A stretch of DNA of 64,000 nucleotides from Escherichia coli (GTDB lineage Bacteria; Pseudomonadota; Gammaproteobacteria; Enterobacterales; Enterobacteriaceae), in NCBI RefSeq assembly GCF_041248615.1, contig NZ_CP158426.1. One strand, given 5' to 3'. The notes beneath the pieces were generated by a model. It was not told the origin of the DNA and did not search any database. It saw only the letters and a program-made list of their open reading frames with translations. Below, piece by piece: positions 33,720-43,782 of this stretch (positions within the stretch are counted from its first letter, which is position 1; each line of letters opens with the position of its first letter). A program made the position numbers and the translations under genes.

Positions 33720-34025
33720 CTATTTTTCTATTTGTTGGTTGAATATATTTTGTAGTTCGCGATTAAAAATTGCTATTACAGTTTCAGGTGATTCACCTCG
33801 TAATTTTCGCTCATCAATAAACTCATCTCTTATATAAATCAACGCATCATTTATTAGCGGGTCAGCATCATTAAATGTTGGACGTAGCCGGAATCGTTCC
33901 AGTCGATAGACGGAACCTGTAAATAATTCAGAGCGTTTATGGATCTCAAGCCTGAAGGAAAACGGCTCTTCAGGTACAGGGGCCTCATAATCGTAAATAG
34001 TGATCAGCTCTTTTTGCACGATCAT
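33720..34025 (-). CDS. yehK: uncharacterized small protein
   Basis: 101-aa ORF directly downstream of yehI on the same strand; matches recalled YehK. Confidence 0.7.
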   Translation of the reverse strand: MIVQKELITIYDYEAPVPEEPFSFRLEIHKRSELFTGSVYRLERFRLRPTFNDADPLINDALIYIRDEFIDERKLRGESPETVIAIFNRELQNIFNQQIEK

Positions 34026-34085
34026 CGCTTTTCCCGGTGGCAGGTCGTGTTAATAACGAGCAGTCGCATCACTGCCCGCTGTGTT

Positions 34086-37000
34086 TTAATGGAAAATGAC
34101 GTCGGGTGCGCTTAACGCCTCACTCAAATCAAACACATCAAGTTCGGCAAAAGTGACGGATTTATTCTCACGGTATACATGAAGAGAACGGAAGCTCATT
34201 AGCGCTTTGCTATCAACATTGTAGTGGTTAAAACCGGATGAAAACTTAAGGACCAGCCGGTACTCGCCCAAGTCATAGACAAATGCGTTCTCATAGCCTG
34301 ACTCCCAGCCTTTGTATCGCAATCCCATAAGTTGCCCAACGGTAGCAGATTTACCTTCCCAGCGATTCAAACTATTACTGGCTGACTCGTCAGGCGTGAG
34401 CAGCACCGTGCGGCGCGACAATTGGCGAAAAGGCGACATAATTTCGTAATCGGCAAAAAGCTGTGCAAATTCACTGCGCATTTCTGCTGTCATTTCTAAC
34501 GGGTGGGCAATGCCAATCAGAGCATCGGCAGGCAGGTCAATTGGCTCATCTTGCTCATTGCAGAACTCCCCCTCAGCGGCCACACGAAAGGCGTTGAGTA
34601 AACAACGCGGTTCATTTGCCGGATAAACACCCCATATCAATCGCTGAGTAACCAGGCGGGTAAAGGGATGATTAATAAACAGAGAATGAAAATCTGCCAG
34701 CGACCAGCGTCGGGTGGTGCGCAGGGCAGTTTCAAGACGCGGGAGCAGGTTTTTGCTCACCTGAGTAGCATCTTTTTTTAGCCCTTTTAGTCGGGCCAGT
34801 GCCTCGGGTGCTTTCAGTTGATCGTCATCGGCGCGCAACCGGGGAACGCTTTTCTGGCGAACGTTTTGCTGATCAAAGATAACCGGGTTGAGGTTTTCAT
34901 CGAAGCGAACGGTAAATTGCCGTGGACCAAAATCAAAAATCAACGCCTGCGGATCATCAAGACCCAGTGTTGGGACTAATCTGTCCGCTAACTGTTCCTG
35001 GCTTAGCCCGCGATTTTCTGCGACCACCTGAAGAAATTCCGCCGCGTTATCACGTAAGGGGCGGGATTTCGCCCGTTGCGATATATGATGCAGCTGCATC
35101 AGCGCCATATCATTATTCATCAGGGTAAGGATGTTCAGGCCACTGACAGCACGGGCAGATTTGCCTTCTTGTGGCCAGGCGAGGATCTGTGTCGTTAGAT
35201 CCCGTGTCGTGCTTTCGTCACCAAAGAGACTTAACGCCAGAAATGCCCAGTTGTCTTTTGCGGGGGCACCAGCTTGTTGCCACGCAGTGAAGAGATCCCA
35301 GGCAAAAGCTGCCAGCGTTTGTGGCTGGCAGAACGTTTTCAGTTGTTCCAGCCCGCTATAAAAACGTCCGCCTTGGGTAAAGCGCAGCATTTCGCCGATA
35401 ATTTCCAGAGCGTCATCGGTAACAGGCTGATTATTTGTGATAAGGCGCGGCCTGGACCGCATTTGCGGCTGCCAGAAATCAGGGGCTTTTGGAATGCGTG
35501 TCGGGTAAATCTCTATTGGACTCTGTTTAAGTAATTGCTCCAGGGCAGGCCATACATCTGTACGCTGCCAGCGGTTTGCCACGGTTTGCAGTAACTCGCC
35601 ATGTCCCTGTTCGTAAAGTAAACGCAGGGCAAGTAATGCAGCTTCGCTATTATCGCTGGATTTGGTGAAGACAAGAGGGATAAGTGCAGTAGCTGTATGT
35701 TCCGGCCAATGTAAAATCCACTGGCGAGCCAGATCACGCTGCGCCGCGAAACGTCGCCAGACGCGGGCAACGGGCAGGGCCAGTTCTGTTGCGCCAAAAT
35801 TTAAAATTAACGGAAATGTTTCTTTTGGACGATGTGAAAAAGCCAACAGCAGACCTGGTAGAGCATCCAATCCGAAGATACTGAGAAAATAGTCCTCACC
35901 CGCAGACAGATGCTTTTTCTCATTGATACGTAGCCAGAAAGTCAAAGCCATCTCACGCGGCAACTGCGCCAATAAATACAGGTTCCAGATACTCTTTTCC
36001 CGACGATAGCGTGAGTAGCTGTCATTTTCCCATATGTTAATGAACACTTCTACGTGACCGTTGCGAAGCGCCTGTTCTGCTAATTGAGCTTCCGGGGAGC
36101 TCCAGCCATTCATGATCTCTTCAACCCGCCCTGGGTAGTAATGCCACTGAACAATGAGTGAATTGCGTGCAGCATCCAGTTTTCCGGGGAGTATATAATT
36201 CAAAAACAGCCATACATCATCTCCAAAACCCAGCTCCTGTAATACAACTCGTCCACTTTTTTGTTCCATGCGTTCCGCAAGAGATTCCGTGCTGAAATAA
36301 CGGGCAGACTCAGTGGCGGCAAGCCTCTCTTGTTCGCCTGGTTGCCAGTAAACTTGCGGGGTTAATTCGAGCGGTGCCAAATCAAGACGTGGAGCTGTCA
36401 TTTTTTTCTTACTACGCCACGGTGGTGAAACGAGGATTTCAGGCAGATTGCTGTTATCGGTGCCATCAATAACCGGTTTGGGCGGTGCCGATAAATAACT
36501 ATTCAGCACTGCCCGGGCTTGAGTACTTAACCACGGCATCACTTCTGCTGCCAGTTGTGGCTGCGATGCCATCAGCGTTTGTAACAGCGTACGCCAGTAT
36601 TCATCACGTGCTTTTTGCTGTGCAGGCAGCTTTTTGTCTTCGATGATTGGATAACCAGGGCGCGTAGGTGGTTCTTTTAGCGCCAGCAGTTCTGCCAGTG
36701 CGGCAAGCGTCGCATGGGGGAAATTTTTACTGTATTTAGCTACACGTTGCAGGCTGGGTTTGTTTTTATCAGCAACTAACAGCAGGGTGCGGATGACCTG
36801 CGGATGGTTAATTTGTACCAGCAGACTGCCGCAATCTTCTTTATGGGCATACATTGCCAGGCGTGGAACGGCTGCCAGTCCTTGTTCGCGCAAAAGGGCA
36901 GCGCAGGCCGCGTAGCCGAAGTGGTTTTCATGCGACATGTAGCTGGCTTCCCGATCGCTAAATATATCCTGGCTCCAGTAGCGTTCGAGTTTTCTCACCG

Positions 37001-37718
37001 CTCTGGGGTCAATAGCAACAACTTTTAACCACTCCTTAGAATGAAAATGAGTCCACGGGCATTCAAGGCTTACCAACTCATTGGCGATTTCTGGTTTTTC
37101 CGGGAGGATCAGAGCAATAAAAGGGCGGCGAACTTTGGTTATTCCTGGCAGTGCGGCAATGAGTTTGTCGGCGCAACGCTGCCAGCTGCTTTCCTCTGCC
37201 AGAGAGAGATGCTTACGCAGTCGGAGATCGAATTCGTTATAGGTTTCTGATCGATAACCATAGCCATAATCCTCGTTCTGATACTGCAATGTCACTAGCA
37301 GAGGATCACTTTCATAACATCGTGTAATAAACTGGCGTGCAATCACCACCTCAGTCGCATATTCCAGTCCCTCTTGTTGGACGATTTCGTCGAGCAACTG
37401 TTGGCTATCATTTTGCGCGATACAGGCTAGCGCCGCCATTGTCCGGGCCGGAACTGAGGGTTTGTGTTCGCCAATCAAGTTGATGGCCTGCGTAATGGCC
37501 GACTGCCACTCCAGTGAAAAATTATCATAACGCCAGACAATGTTTTTTTTCTTCTCAGCTTTTTGTAGCAATTCATCACCCAGTGTCTGGATGAGGCTTT
37601 CAGTGATAACAGGCACCGGTTCGCCCGGCCAACTGCGATGGCTGAGCGGCGTTTTGCCTTTTTTATATTTCAGTTCCACTTGGGCGTTATCCGCCAGCCA
37701 CGGTAATTCCTTGTCCAT
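34086..37718 (-). CDS. yehI: 1210-aa DUF4132-family protein, paralog of MolR
   Basis: long ORF; C-terminal region clearly paralogous to the next gene (FAWDLFTAWQ.AGAP.K..WAF; LFADYE...PFRQL). Confidence 0.85.
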   Translation of the reverse strand: MDKELPWLADNAQVELKYKKGKTPLSHRSWPGEPVPVITESLIQTLGDELLQKAEKKKNIVWRYDNFSLEWQSAITQAINLIGEHKPSVPARTMAALACIAQNDSQQLLDEIVQQEGLEYATEVVIARQFITRCYESDPLLVTLQYQNEDYGYGYRSETYNEFDLRLRKHLSLAEESSWQRCADKLIAALPGITKVRRPFIALILPEKPEIANELVSLECPWTHFHSKEWLKVVAIDPRAVRKLERYWSQDIFSDREASYMSHENHFGYAACAALLREQGLAAVPRLAMYAHKEDCGSLLVQINHPQVIRTLLLVADKNKPSLQRVAKYSKNFPHATLAALAELLALKEPPTRPGYPIIEDKKLPAQQKARDEYWRTLLQTLMASQPQLAAEVMPWLSTQARAVLNSYLSAPPKPVIDGTDNSNLPEILVSPPWRSKKKMTAPRLDLAPLELTPQVYWQPGEQERLAATESARYFSTESLAERMEQKSGRVVLQELGFGDDVWLFLNYILPGKLDAARNSLIVQWHYYPGRVEEIMNGWSSPEAQLAEQALRNGHVEVFINIWENDSYSRYRREKSIWNLYLLAQLPREMALTFWLRINEKKHLSAGEDYFLSIFGLDALPGLLLAFSHRPKETFPLILNFGATELALPVARVWRRFAAQRDLARQWILHWPEHTATALIPLVFTKSSDNSEAALLALRLLYEQGHGELLQTVANRWQRTDVWPALEQLLKQSPIEIYPTRIPKAPDFWQPQMRSRPRLITNNQPVTDDALEIIGEMLRFTQGGRFYSGLEQLKTFCQPQTLAAFAWDLFTAWQQAGAPAKDNWAFLALSLFGDESTTRDLTTQILAWPQEGKSARAVSGLNILTLMNNDMALMQLHHISQRAKSRPLRDNAAEFLQVVAENRGLSQEQLADRLVPTLGLDDPQALIFDFGPRQFTVRFDENLNPVIFDQQNVRQKSVPRLRADDDQLKAPEALARLKGLKKDATQVSKNLLPRLETALRTTRRWSLADFHSLFINHPFTRLVTQRLIWGVYPANEPRCLLNAFRVAAEGEFCNEQDEPIDLPADALIGIAHPLEMTAEMRSEFAQLFADYEIMSPFRQLSRRTVLLTPDESASNSLNRWEGKSATVGQLMGLRYKGWESGYENAFVYDLGEYRLVLKFSSGFNHYNVDSKALMSFRSLHVYRENKSVTFAELDVFDLSEALSAPDVIFH

Positions 37719-37727
37719 GCTCTTTCC

Positions 37728-40700
37728 TTATTCAAACAGGGCTTCAATATCGTTAATGAGTTCGCTGGCGGTGATGTCGTCGAGCACGGAGAACTGCGCT
37801 TCCTGAGTTGAATTACTCCCCCAGCCATAGCTTTCCGCTTTGCCTTCCCATAGCCACAGCTTGCTTAAGACCTGCTCAGCGCTAAGATCGGCTGGTGACA
37901 TACCCACCGCAAAACCTTCGTCGATTTCCATGATTAACGACCAGCGACCGAGAGGTTTGATCATCCATCCGATCCAGCCTCCATCCTGTGGTTCGCCCTT
38001 TATCCAGCCTTTATTTGCCAGCCCCATGACCCGGCCGCTCGGGCATTTTCTGCCTGCCCAGCGGGTCAGTTCGCTGGCGTTGCGCTCGGCTTCTGTCAGG
38101 GCGTAACTGTTACGTTCAAGCTGACGGAACGGTGGTAGCAGTTCGTAGTCGGCAAAAAGCTGACCAAAGGCGACAGCATCCGTCGGTGATATTTCCAGAA
38201 CGTGAGGAATGCCGATAGAGATATCGCCTTCCTGCAAGGTGAAAAGATCATCGTCAGCGGTGCTGTAGCTGTTATCTTCCGCCACCCTAAAGCACGCCTG
38301 TAGCTGGTTTTCGGCGCTATAAACGCCCCAAATCAGACGGCGGGTTAAGTGACGAACCAGCGGATGCTCAACCAGGAAGAGCTGAAAGTTTTCCGGCGAC
38401 CAGCGGCGGCGCAGGCACATGGCGGATTCCAGCCTTGCTACCTGCTGGGCGGCGACGGTACGCGCATCTTTTTTCAGCAATTTGTAGCGGTTAACAGCAT
38501 CGTTTGCCTGTGATTCATCATCGCTTTTATTGGGTTTAGGTAAGTCTTTCAGGCGGCTGCCGGAAACATCGCGCACAAACGGTTTTAAGGTTTCATCAAA
38601 GCTGACGGTGAACTGCCGTGGGCCAAAATCCAGCAGCAGCGAACCGTTATCATCCAGACCGAGATCCGGTGCTAACCGGTCTTCAAGCTCCGGCACCGTG
38701 AGTTCGCGGCTCTCGGCAATGTCGGCAATTTTCTCTTTCGCCCGCTCCTGTAAGGCTTTGAATTTCAGTTTCTGGGCGATGCCGTTAAGCTGCATCAGGG
38801 CGATATCGCTGCCGATAGCGGCGAGAATATCCAACCCAACGGTGGCACGTTTATGCTGAGATTCGCCAGGCCAGGCGCGGATTAATGGCGTCAGTTTGCG
38901 GGCGGTGTCATCGTTACCGAGAACGCCTAACGCAGTGAACGCCCAACTTTCTTTCGACGGCGCGCCAGCGGTCTGCCAGGCGGTAAACAGATCCCAGGCA
39001 AATTCAGCCAGTGAGTCGGCGGTACAGGCATCTTTCACCTGCAATAATCCCGGATACAGCGCCTCCTCCTGATGGAAGCGGAGCATTTCACCGAGGTGGA
39101 GGAGGGCGCTATCTGGCAGTGATTGGGCATTTGCTTTTAATACCGGGCGGGTCCAGATCGATGGCTGATAAAAGGCCGGAAGAGTGGGGATTTTTGTCGG
39201 GTGATTATCTAAGGGATCGAGCGCAAGCATAGCGTTCACCGCATCTGTTACTTCCGGCTGGTTATAACGCCGGGCGATTTCTTGCAGTAATGGCTGATGA
39301 TCGTTTTCGATAAGCATACGCAAGGCAGCGCGGGCGTTATCCTGGGCTTCACCGGCTTTGCCGAGCGCCGCAGGCAGTAGGCCGGTAATGGCGTGTTCCG
39401 GGTATTTCAGCAGCCAGGTGCGGGCGTCTTGTCGTAGGGTTTTGAGTTTGTTGAAGGCGCGGGCGATCAGTGGCGCTAATTCGATAGCCGCAAAATATTG
39501 TGCTACAGGCAGAGCTTCTTGTGGATAGCGTGAAAAGGAGTGAATAAAACCCTGTAACCCAGCGAGTTGCAGGTGCGTCATGACAAACTCGACACCGACG
39601 TGTGGCTCTTTACTGAGGACATTCCACGCCTGCGCTGTTTTTTCGATAGGCAGGGCGGCTAACATGTAAAGCTGCCATTCCCGTTGATAGGAGTGCCAGA
39701 AGGTTTTAAATTCGCTGATTAGCGCAGAATAATCTCCCCTCTGCCAGAGTTCTACAACAGCATCAGACGCTTTCATATACTGGCCATTATTCCAGCGATT
39801 GAAACCCAGACGTGTCAGGTAGTTCTGAATATCCTCTTTTTGGCCGATGTCTATTTGATGTGCGTGCCAGCGATGCCTTGCATGAATCTCTTTTTCTGCC
39901 GTCTCGGTCAATGTGCAGCATGACTCCAGCGGTAATGGCGTTAAATCCAATACCGGCATTACAGATTTTTTCTTTTTCGAAAGCCAGGGCGGTGAGACTA
40001 ATACGGCAGGCAGCATATCGGCGCTGGCATGGTTTGAGGGCTGTGTCAGTTGTTGCTGGCATGATTTCAGCACTGCAACTGCGGGTGTTGAGAGCCAGGG
40101 AGTGACCTGTTCTGCTAGTGCCGGTTGCGAGATAAGCATCGTCATCAGCATAATGCGCCAACTATTCTCTTCTTTTTGCGCAAGAAGTTCCGCCAGTGCA
40201 GCCAGTGCTGCGTGTGGGAACGCAGCGCAAGCCTTAGTCATTCGTTCATGGCAGCGTTTAGTTTTGCCAGACACACGTATAAGTAGCATTAATGCTTGTG
40301 GGTGATTGATCTCTTCGAGAATACTTCCACAAAGATCAGCATAAGCATAGGGGGCGAAGCGAGCGATTCCGGCAATCCCTTGCTCCTGCAAAACGGTGAC
40401 ATTCCAGATGCAACCATGGTAATAGTCATTAAAAAGGTCGTACGCGCAATAAGATTCCAGCGCTTTGAGTAAGAAAGATTCTTGAACAACAAGTTTCAGC
40501 CATTCAACAGTTTGGACATTTTTCTGCTTCAGTAACCGTCGTGCGACTTCTTCTGCAATCTCCGGGCGTTCCGGTAGCATTAGCGCTACCATCGGTTGTT
40601 GAACGGGAGGAATATCAGGTAAAGCTGTAATGAATTTATCTACACAGCGTTGCCACAAAGTTTCTTCTGCAAGAGCCAAATGCTTACGCAGTCGAACGTC

Positions 40701-41477
40701 AAAGGGGGTAACACAATGTGCATGGTTTAATAATGGCTGAAAAGTAATGTGTATGCTTGTTCTGTGATAAGTGCAATCGAACGAGATATATTGCATGGCA
40801 ATAAACATATCCACGGCAAATTCTAGTCCGTAGACATAGACAATTTCATCCATGAGTTCAGGGCATTCGCCCCAGAATTTACGTGAAACCAGAACAACCT
40901 GTACAGCCAACGCAGCAGGAGAAAGTGGACCATTAGCGAGAGCTTCATTGATATTCTGCTGCCAGTTAGCAGAACATGCACTGAAATCGTATGTTGTTAT
41001 TTTTCCTGATAGATTATGAATATCCTGACCTAAATTCATAAGGAGGCTGTCTTGTGGTTCGCTTACAGCATCCCCAGGAAAACGTCGGGAAGGTAAGGCC
41101 TCCTGAGACTTTTTCTCCGATAGATGGATAGGGGAATCATCTGTCAGCCACGGGCATGGTGTCTCAGCAGGTTCAACAACCATACTTTGGTCAAATACGA
41201 CTGTGGTTTCTGCCACGCCAGTTGTATCTACTTCGATCGTTTCTATTTTGATTGCGGGTTGGGATGGCGAAGATAATTCTTCCACATACCCCTTCTTCAC
41301 CTTCTCCGCAATCAGCTTCAGTTCCGCTTTTTCCGCCGCCGCAGCATCTGCAAAGCTTTTTACCTGACTTTGCCCGTTAGTGCCGACTTTACCCCAGTTA
41401 ATATGCAGCTCGTTTCCCTGCTGCTCCACCGCCCAGAATTTATGTGATTTTTCGTCCTGATAGATAAAGTGTTTCAT
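37728..41477 (-). CDS. molR: 1249-aa WGR-domain plus DUF4132 protein (intact MolR/YehH)
   Basis: N-terminal WGR motif (KFWAVEQQGNELHINWGKVGTNGQ); C-terminal DUF4132 region paralogous to yehI; single uninterrupted ORF. Confidence 0.85.
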   Translation of the reverse strand: MKHFIYQDEKSHKFWAVEQQGNELHINWGKVGTNGQSQVKSFADAAAAEKAELKLIAEKVKKGYVEELSSPSQPAIKIETIEVDTTGVAETTVVFDQSMVVEPAETPCPWLTDDSPIHLSEKKSQEALPSRRFPGDAVSEPQDSLLMNLGQDIHNLSGKITTYDFSACSANWQQNINEALANGPLSPAALAVQVVLVSRKFWGECPELMDEIVYVYGLEFAVDMFIAMQYISFDCTYHRTSIHITFQPLLNHAHCVTPFDVRLRKHLALAEETLWQRCVDKFITALPDIPPVQQPMVALMLPERPEIAEEVARRLLKQKNVQTVEWLKLVVQESFLLKALESYCAYDLFNDYYHGCIWNVTVLQEQGIAGIARFAPYAYADLCGSILEEINHPQALMLLIRVSGKTKRCHERMTKACAAFPHAALAALAELLAQKEENSWRIMLMTMLISQPALAEQVTPWLSTPAVAVLKSCQQQLTQPSNHASADMLPAVLVSPPWLSKKKKSVMPVLDLTPLPLESCCTLTETAEKEIHARHRWHAHQIDIGQKEDIQNYLTRLGFNRWNNGQYMKASDAVVELWQRGDYSALISEFKTFWHSYQREWQLYMLAALPIEKTAQAWNVLSKEPHVGVEFVMTHLQLAGLQGFIHSFSRYPQEALPVAQYFAAIELAPLIARAFNKLKTLRQDARTWLLKYPEHAITGLLPAALGKAGEAQDNARAALRMLIENDHQPLLQEIARRYNQPEVTDAVNAMLALDPLDNHPTKIPTLPAFYQPSIWTRPVLKANAQSLPDSALLHLGEMLRFHQEEALYPGLLQVKDACTADSLAEFAWDLFTAWQTAGAPSKESWAFTALGVLGNDDTARKLTPLIRAWPGESQHKRATVGLDILAAIGSDIALMQLNGIAQKLKFKALQERAKEKIADIAESRELTVPELEDRLAPDLGLDDNGSLLLDFGPRQFTVSFDETLKPFVRDVSGSRLKDLPKPNKSDDESQANDAVNRYKLLKKDARTVAAQQVARLESAMCLRRRWSPENFQLFLVEHPLVRHLTRRLIWGVYSAENQLQACFRVAEDNSYSTADDDLFTLQEGDISIGIPHVLEISPTDAVAFGQLFADYELLPPFRQLERNSYALTEAERNASELTRWAGRKCPSGRVMGLANKGWIKGEPQDGGWIGWMIKPLGRWSLIMEIDEGFAVGMSPADLSAEQVLSKLWLWEGKAESYGWGSNSTQEAQFSVLDDITASELINDIEALFE

Positions 41478-41577
41478 TCTGCATCCCTGTAATTTTATCC
41501 AGTTGAATGCTGATGCTACCAGTATTTATGCGGGTTAGAGAGAGACAAAATCGCAAGAAAACAAATTTAGGAATTTA

Positions 41578-41607
41578 TAAAGAAAAGGCGCTGTCGATGC
41601 AGCGCCT
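41578..41607 (-). terminator. rho-independent terminator of metG
   Basis: minus-strand hairpin AAGGCGCTG-catcga-CAGCGCCTT followed by TTCTTT. Confidence 0.6.
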
Positions 41608-41617
41608 TGAAGGGGGA

Positions 41618-43651
41618 TTATTTCACCTGATGACCCGGTTTAGCACCGGCATCCGGGCTTAGCAGGAAAATATCTTTCCCGCCAGGACCGGCAGCCATCA
41701 CCATGCCTTCAGAGATACCGAAGCGCATTTTACGTGGTGCCAGGTTAGCCACCATAATGGTGTGACGACCAATCAGTGCCTGCGGATCCGGGTAGGCAGA
41801 ACGAATGCCGGAGAAGACATTGCGTTTTTCACCGCCGAGATCCAGCGTCAGGCGCAGCAGTTTGTCAGAACCTTCAACAAACTCTGCGTTTTCGATCAAC
41901 GCCACGCGCAGGTCAACTTTGGCGAAGTCGTCAAAGGTGATGGTTTCCTGAATCGGATCATCTGCCAGTGGGCCAGTTACTGGCGCGGCAGTGGCTTTCA
42001 CTTCTTCTTTAGAGGCTTCCACCAGTGCTTCAACCTGCTTCATGTCGATGCGGTTATACAGCGCTTTGAACGGATTCACTTTATGGCCCAACAGCGGTTG
42101 TTGGATACCATCCCAGGTCAGTTCCGTATTAAGGAATGCTTCTGCACGCTCGGTCAGTTTCGGCAGTACCGGCTTCAGGTAAGTCATCAGCACGCGGAAC
42201 AGGTTTATGCCCATCGAGCAAATTGCCTGCAGGTCGGCATCGCGGCCTTCCTGTTTTGCGACTACCCACGGAGCCTGTTCATCGACATAACGGTTAGCAA
42301 GATCAGCCAGCGCCATGATTTCGCGGATCGCTTTACCAAATTCGCGGCTTTCCCACGCTTCACCAATCACTTCAGCGGCATCAGTGAAGGTTTTGTACAG
42401 TTGCGGGTCAGCCAGTTCGCTTGCCAGCACACCGTCAAAACGCTTGTTGATAAAGCCCGCGTTACGGGAGGCCAGGTTAACCACTTTATTCACGATATCG
42501 GCATTCACACGCTGAACGAAATCTTCCAGGTTGAGATCGATATCATCAATGCGCGAAGAGAGTTTCGCAGTGTAGTAGTAACGCAGGCTGTCGGCGTCAA
42601 AATGATTCAGCCAGGTGCTGGCCTTAATAAAGGTACCGCGAGACTTAGACATCTTCGCGCCGTTCACCGTCACATAGCCATGAACAAACAGGTTAGTCGG
42701 CTTGCGGAAGTTGCTGCCTTCCAGCATTGCTGGCCAGAACAGGCTGTGGAAGTAAACAATATCTTTGCCGATGAAGTGATACAGCTCGGCGGTGGAATCT
42801 TTCTTCCAGTATTCATCGAAGCTGGTGGTGTCGCCGCGTTTGTCGCACAGATTCTTGAAGGAACCCATGTAGCCAATCGGCGCATCCAGCCAGACGTAGA
42901 AATATTTGCCCGGTGCGTTCGGAATTTCAAAACCGAAGTATGGCGCATCGCGGGAGATATCCCACTGTTGCAGGCCAGATTCAAACCACTCCTGCATTTT
43001 GTTTGCCACTTGCTCCTGCAACGCGCCGCTGCGGGTCCATGCCTGCAACATTTCGCTGAAAGAGGGCAGATCAAAGAAGAAGTGTTCAGAATCACGCATT
43101 ACCGGCGTAGCACCAGAAACCACCGATTTAGGCTCGATCAGCTCAGTCGGGCTGTAGGTCGCGCCACAAACTTCACAGTTATCGCCGTATTGATCCGGGG
43201 ATTTACATTTCGGGCAGGTGCCTTTTACAAAACGGTCCGGCAGGAACATGCCTTTTTCCGGATCGTACAGCTGAGAGATAGTGCGGTTTTTAATAAAACC
43301 GTTCTCTTTCAGGCGAGAATAAATAAGTTCTGAGAACTGGCGGTTCTCTTCGCTGTGCGTCGAGTGATAGTTGTCATAGCTGATGTTAAAGCCTGCGAAA
43401 TCAGTCTGATGCTCCTGACTCATTTCGCCAATCATCTGCTCCGGGGTGATACCAAGCTGCTGAGCTTTCAGCATGATCGGTGTGCCGTGGGCATCGTCGG
43501 CGCAAATGAAGTTGACCTCGTGGCCGCGCATTCGCTGGTAACGGACCCAGACATCAGCCTGGATGTGCTCCAGCATATGGCCGAGGTGGATTGAGCCGTT
43601 AGCGTACGGCAGTGCGCACGTCACCAGAATTTTCTTCGCGACTTGAGTCAT
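41618..43651 (-). CDS. metG: methionyl-tRNA synthetase
   Basis: start set at [25 protein letters not shown] (HIGH motif), KMSKS present, 677 aa; matches recalled MetG. The 523-aa plus-strand ORF 41762-43333 is its antisense shadow. Confidence 0.95.
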   Translation of the reverse strand: MTQVAKKILVTCALPYANGSIHLGHMLEHIQADVWVRYQRMRGHEVNFICADDAHGTPIMLKAQQLGITPEQMIGEMSQEHQTDFAGFNISYDNYHSTHSEENRQFSELIYSRLKENGFIKNRTISQLYDPEKGMFLPDRFVKGTCPKCKSPDQYGDNCEVCGATYSPTELIEPKSVVSGATPVMRDSEHFFFDLPSFSEMLQAWTRSGALQEQVANKMQEWFESGLQQWDISRDAPYFGFEIPNAPGKYFYVWLDAPIGYMGSFKNLCDKRGDTTSFDEYWKKDSTAELYHFIGKDIVYFHSLFWPAMLEGSNFRKPTNLFVHGYVTVNGAKMSKSRGTFIKASTWLNHFDADSLRYYYTAKLSSRIDDIDLNLEDFVQRVNADIVNKVVNLASRNAGFINKRFDGVLASELADPQLYKTFTDAAEVIGEAWESREFGKAIREIMALADLANRYVDEQAPWVVAKQEGRDADLQAICSMGINLFRVLMTYLKPVLPKLTERAEAFLNTELTWDGIQQPLLGHKVNPFKALYNRIDMKQVEALVEASKEEVKATAAPVTGPLADDPIQETITFDDFAKVDLRVALIENAEFVEGSDKLLRLTLDLGGEKRNVFSGIRSAYPDPQALIGRHTIMVANLAPRKMRFGISEGMVMAAGPGGKDIFLLSPDAGAKPGHQVK

Positions 43652-43782
43652 AGTAGGCATTACTTCTTAATAGTGAAAAGGGGTTAGATAGTACCAAATG
43701 GGAAAATGTTAAGTAAGTACTTCTCTATATTCTTCAGGTAAACTATCAGCTGATGGTTTATCTATACAAAAAAGGAGTCGGG

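Noticed and set aside
34922-35892. Several 68-94-aa ORFs on both strands
   Set aside because: All lie inside yehI; shadow ORFs with no start signals.
41762-43333. 523-aa plus-strand ORF
   Set aside because: Antisense shadow ORF lying entirely inside metG; metG has unmistakable class I aminoacyl-tRNA synthetase motifs, while the shadow ORF is Arg/Phe-rich with no motifs.
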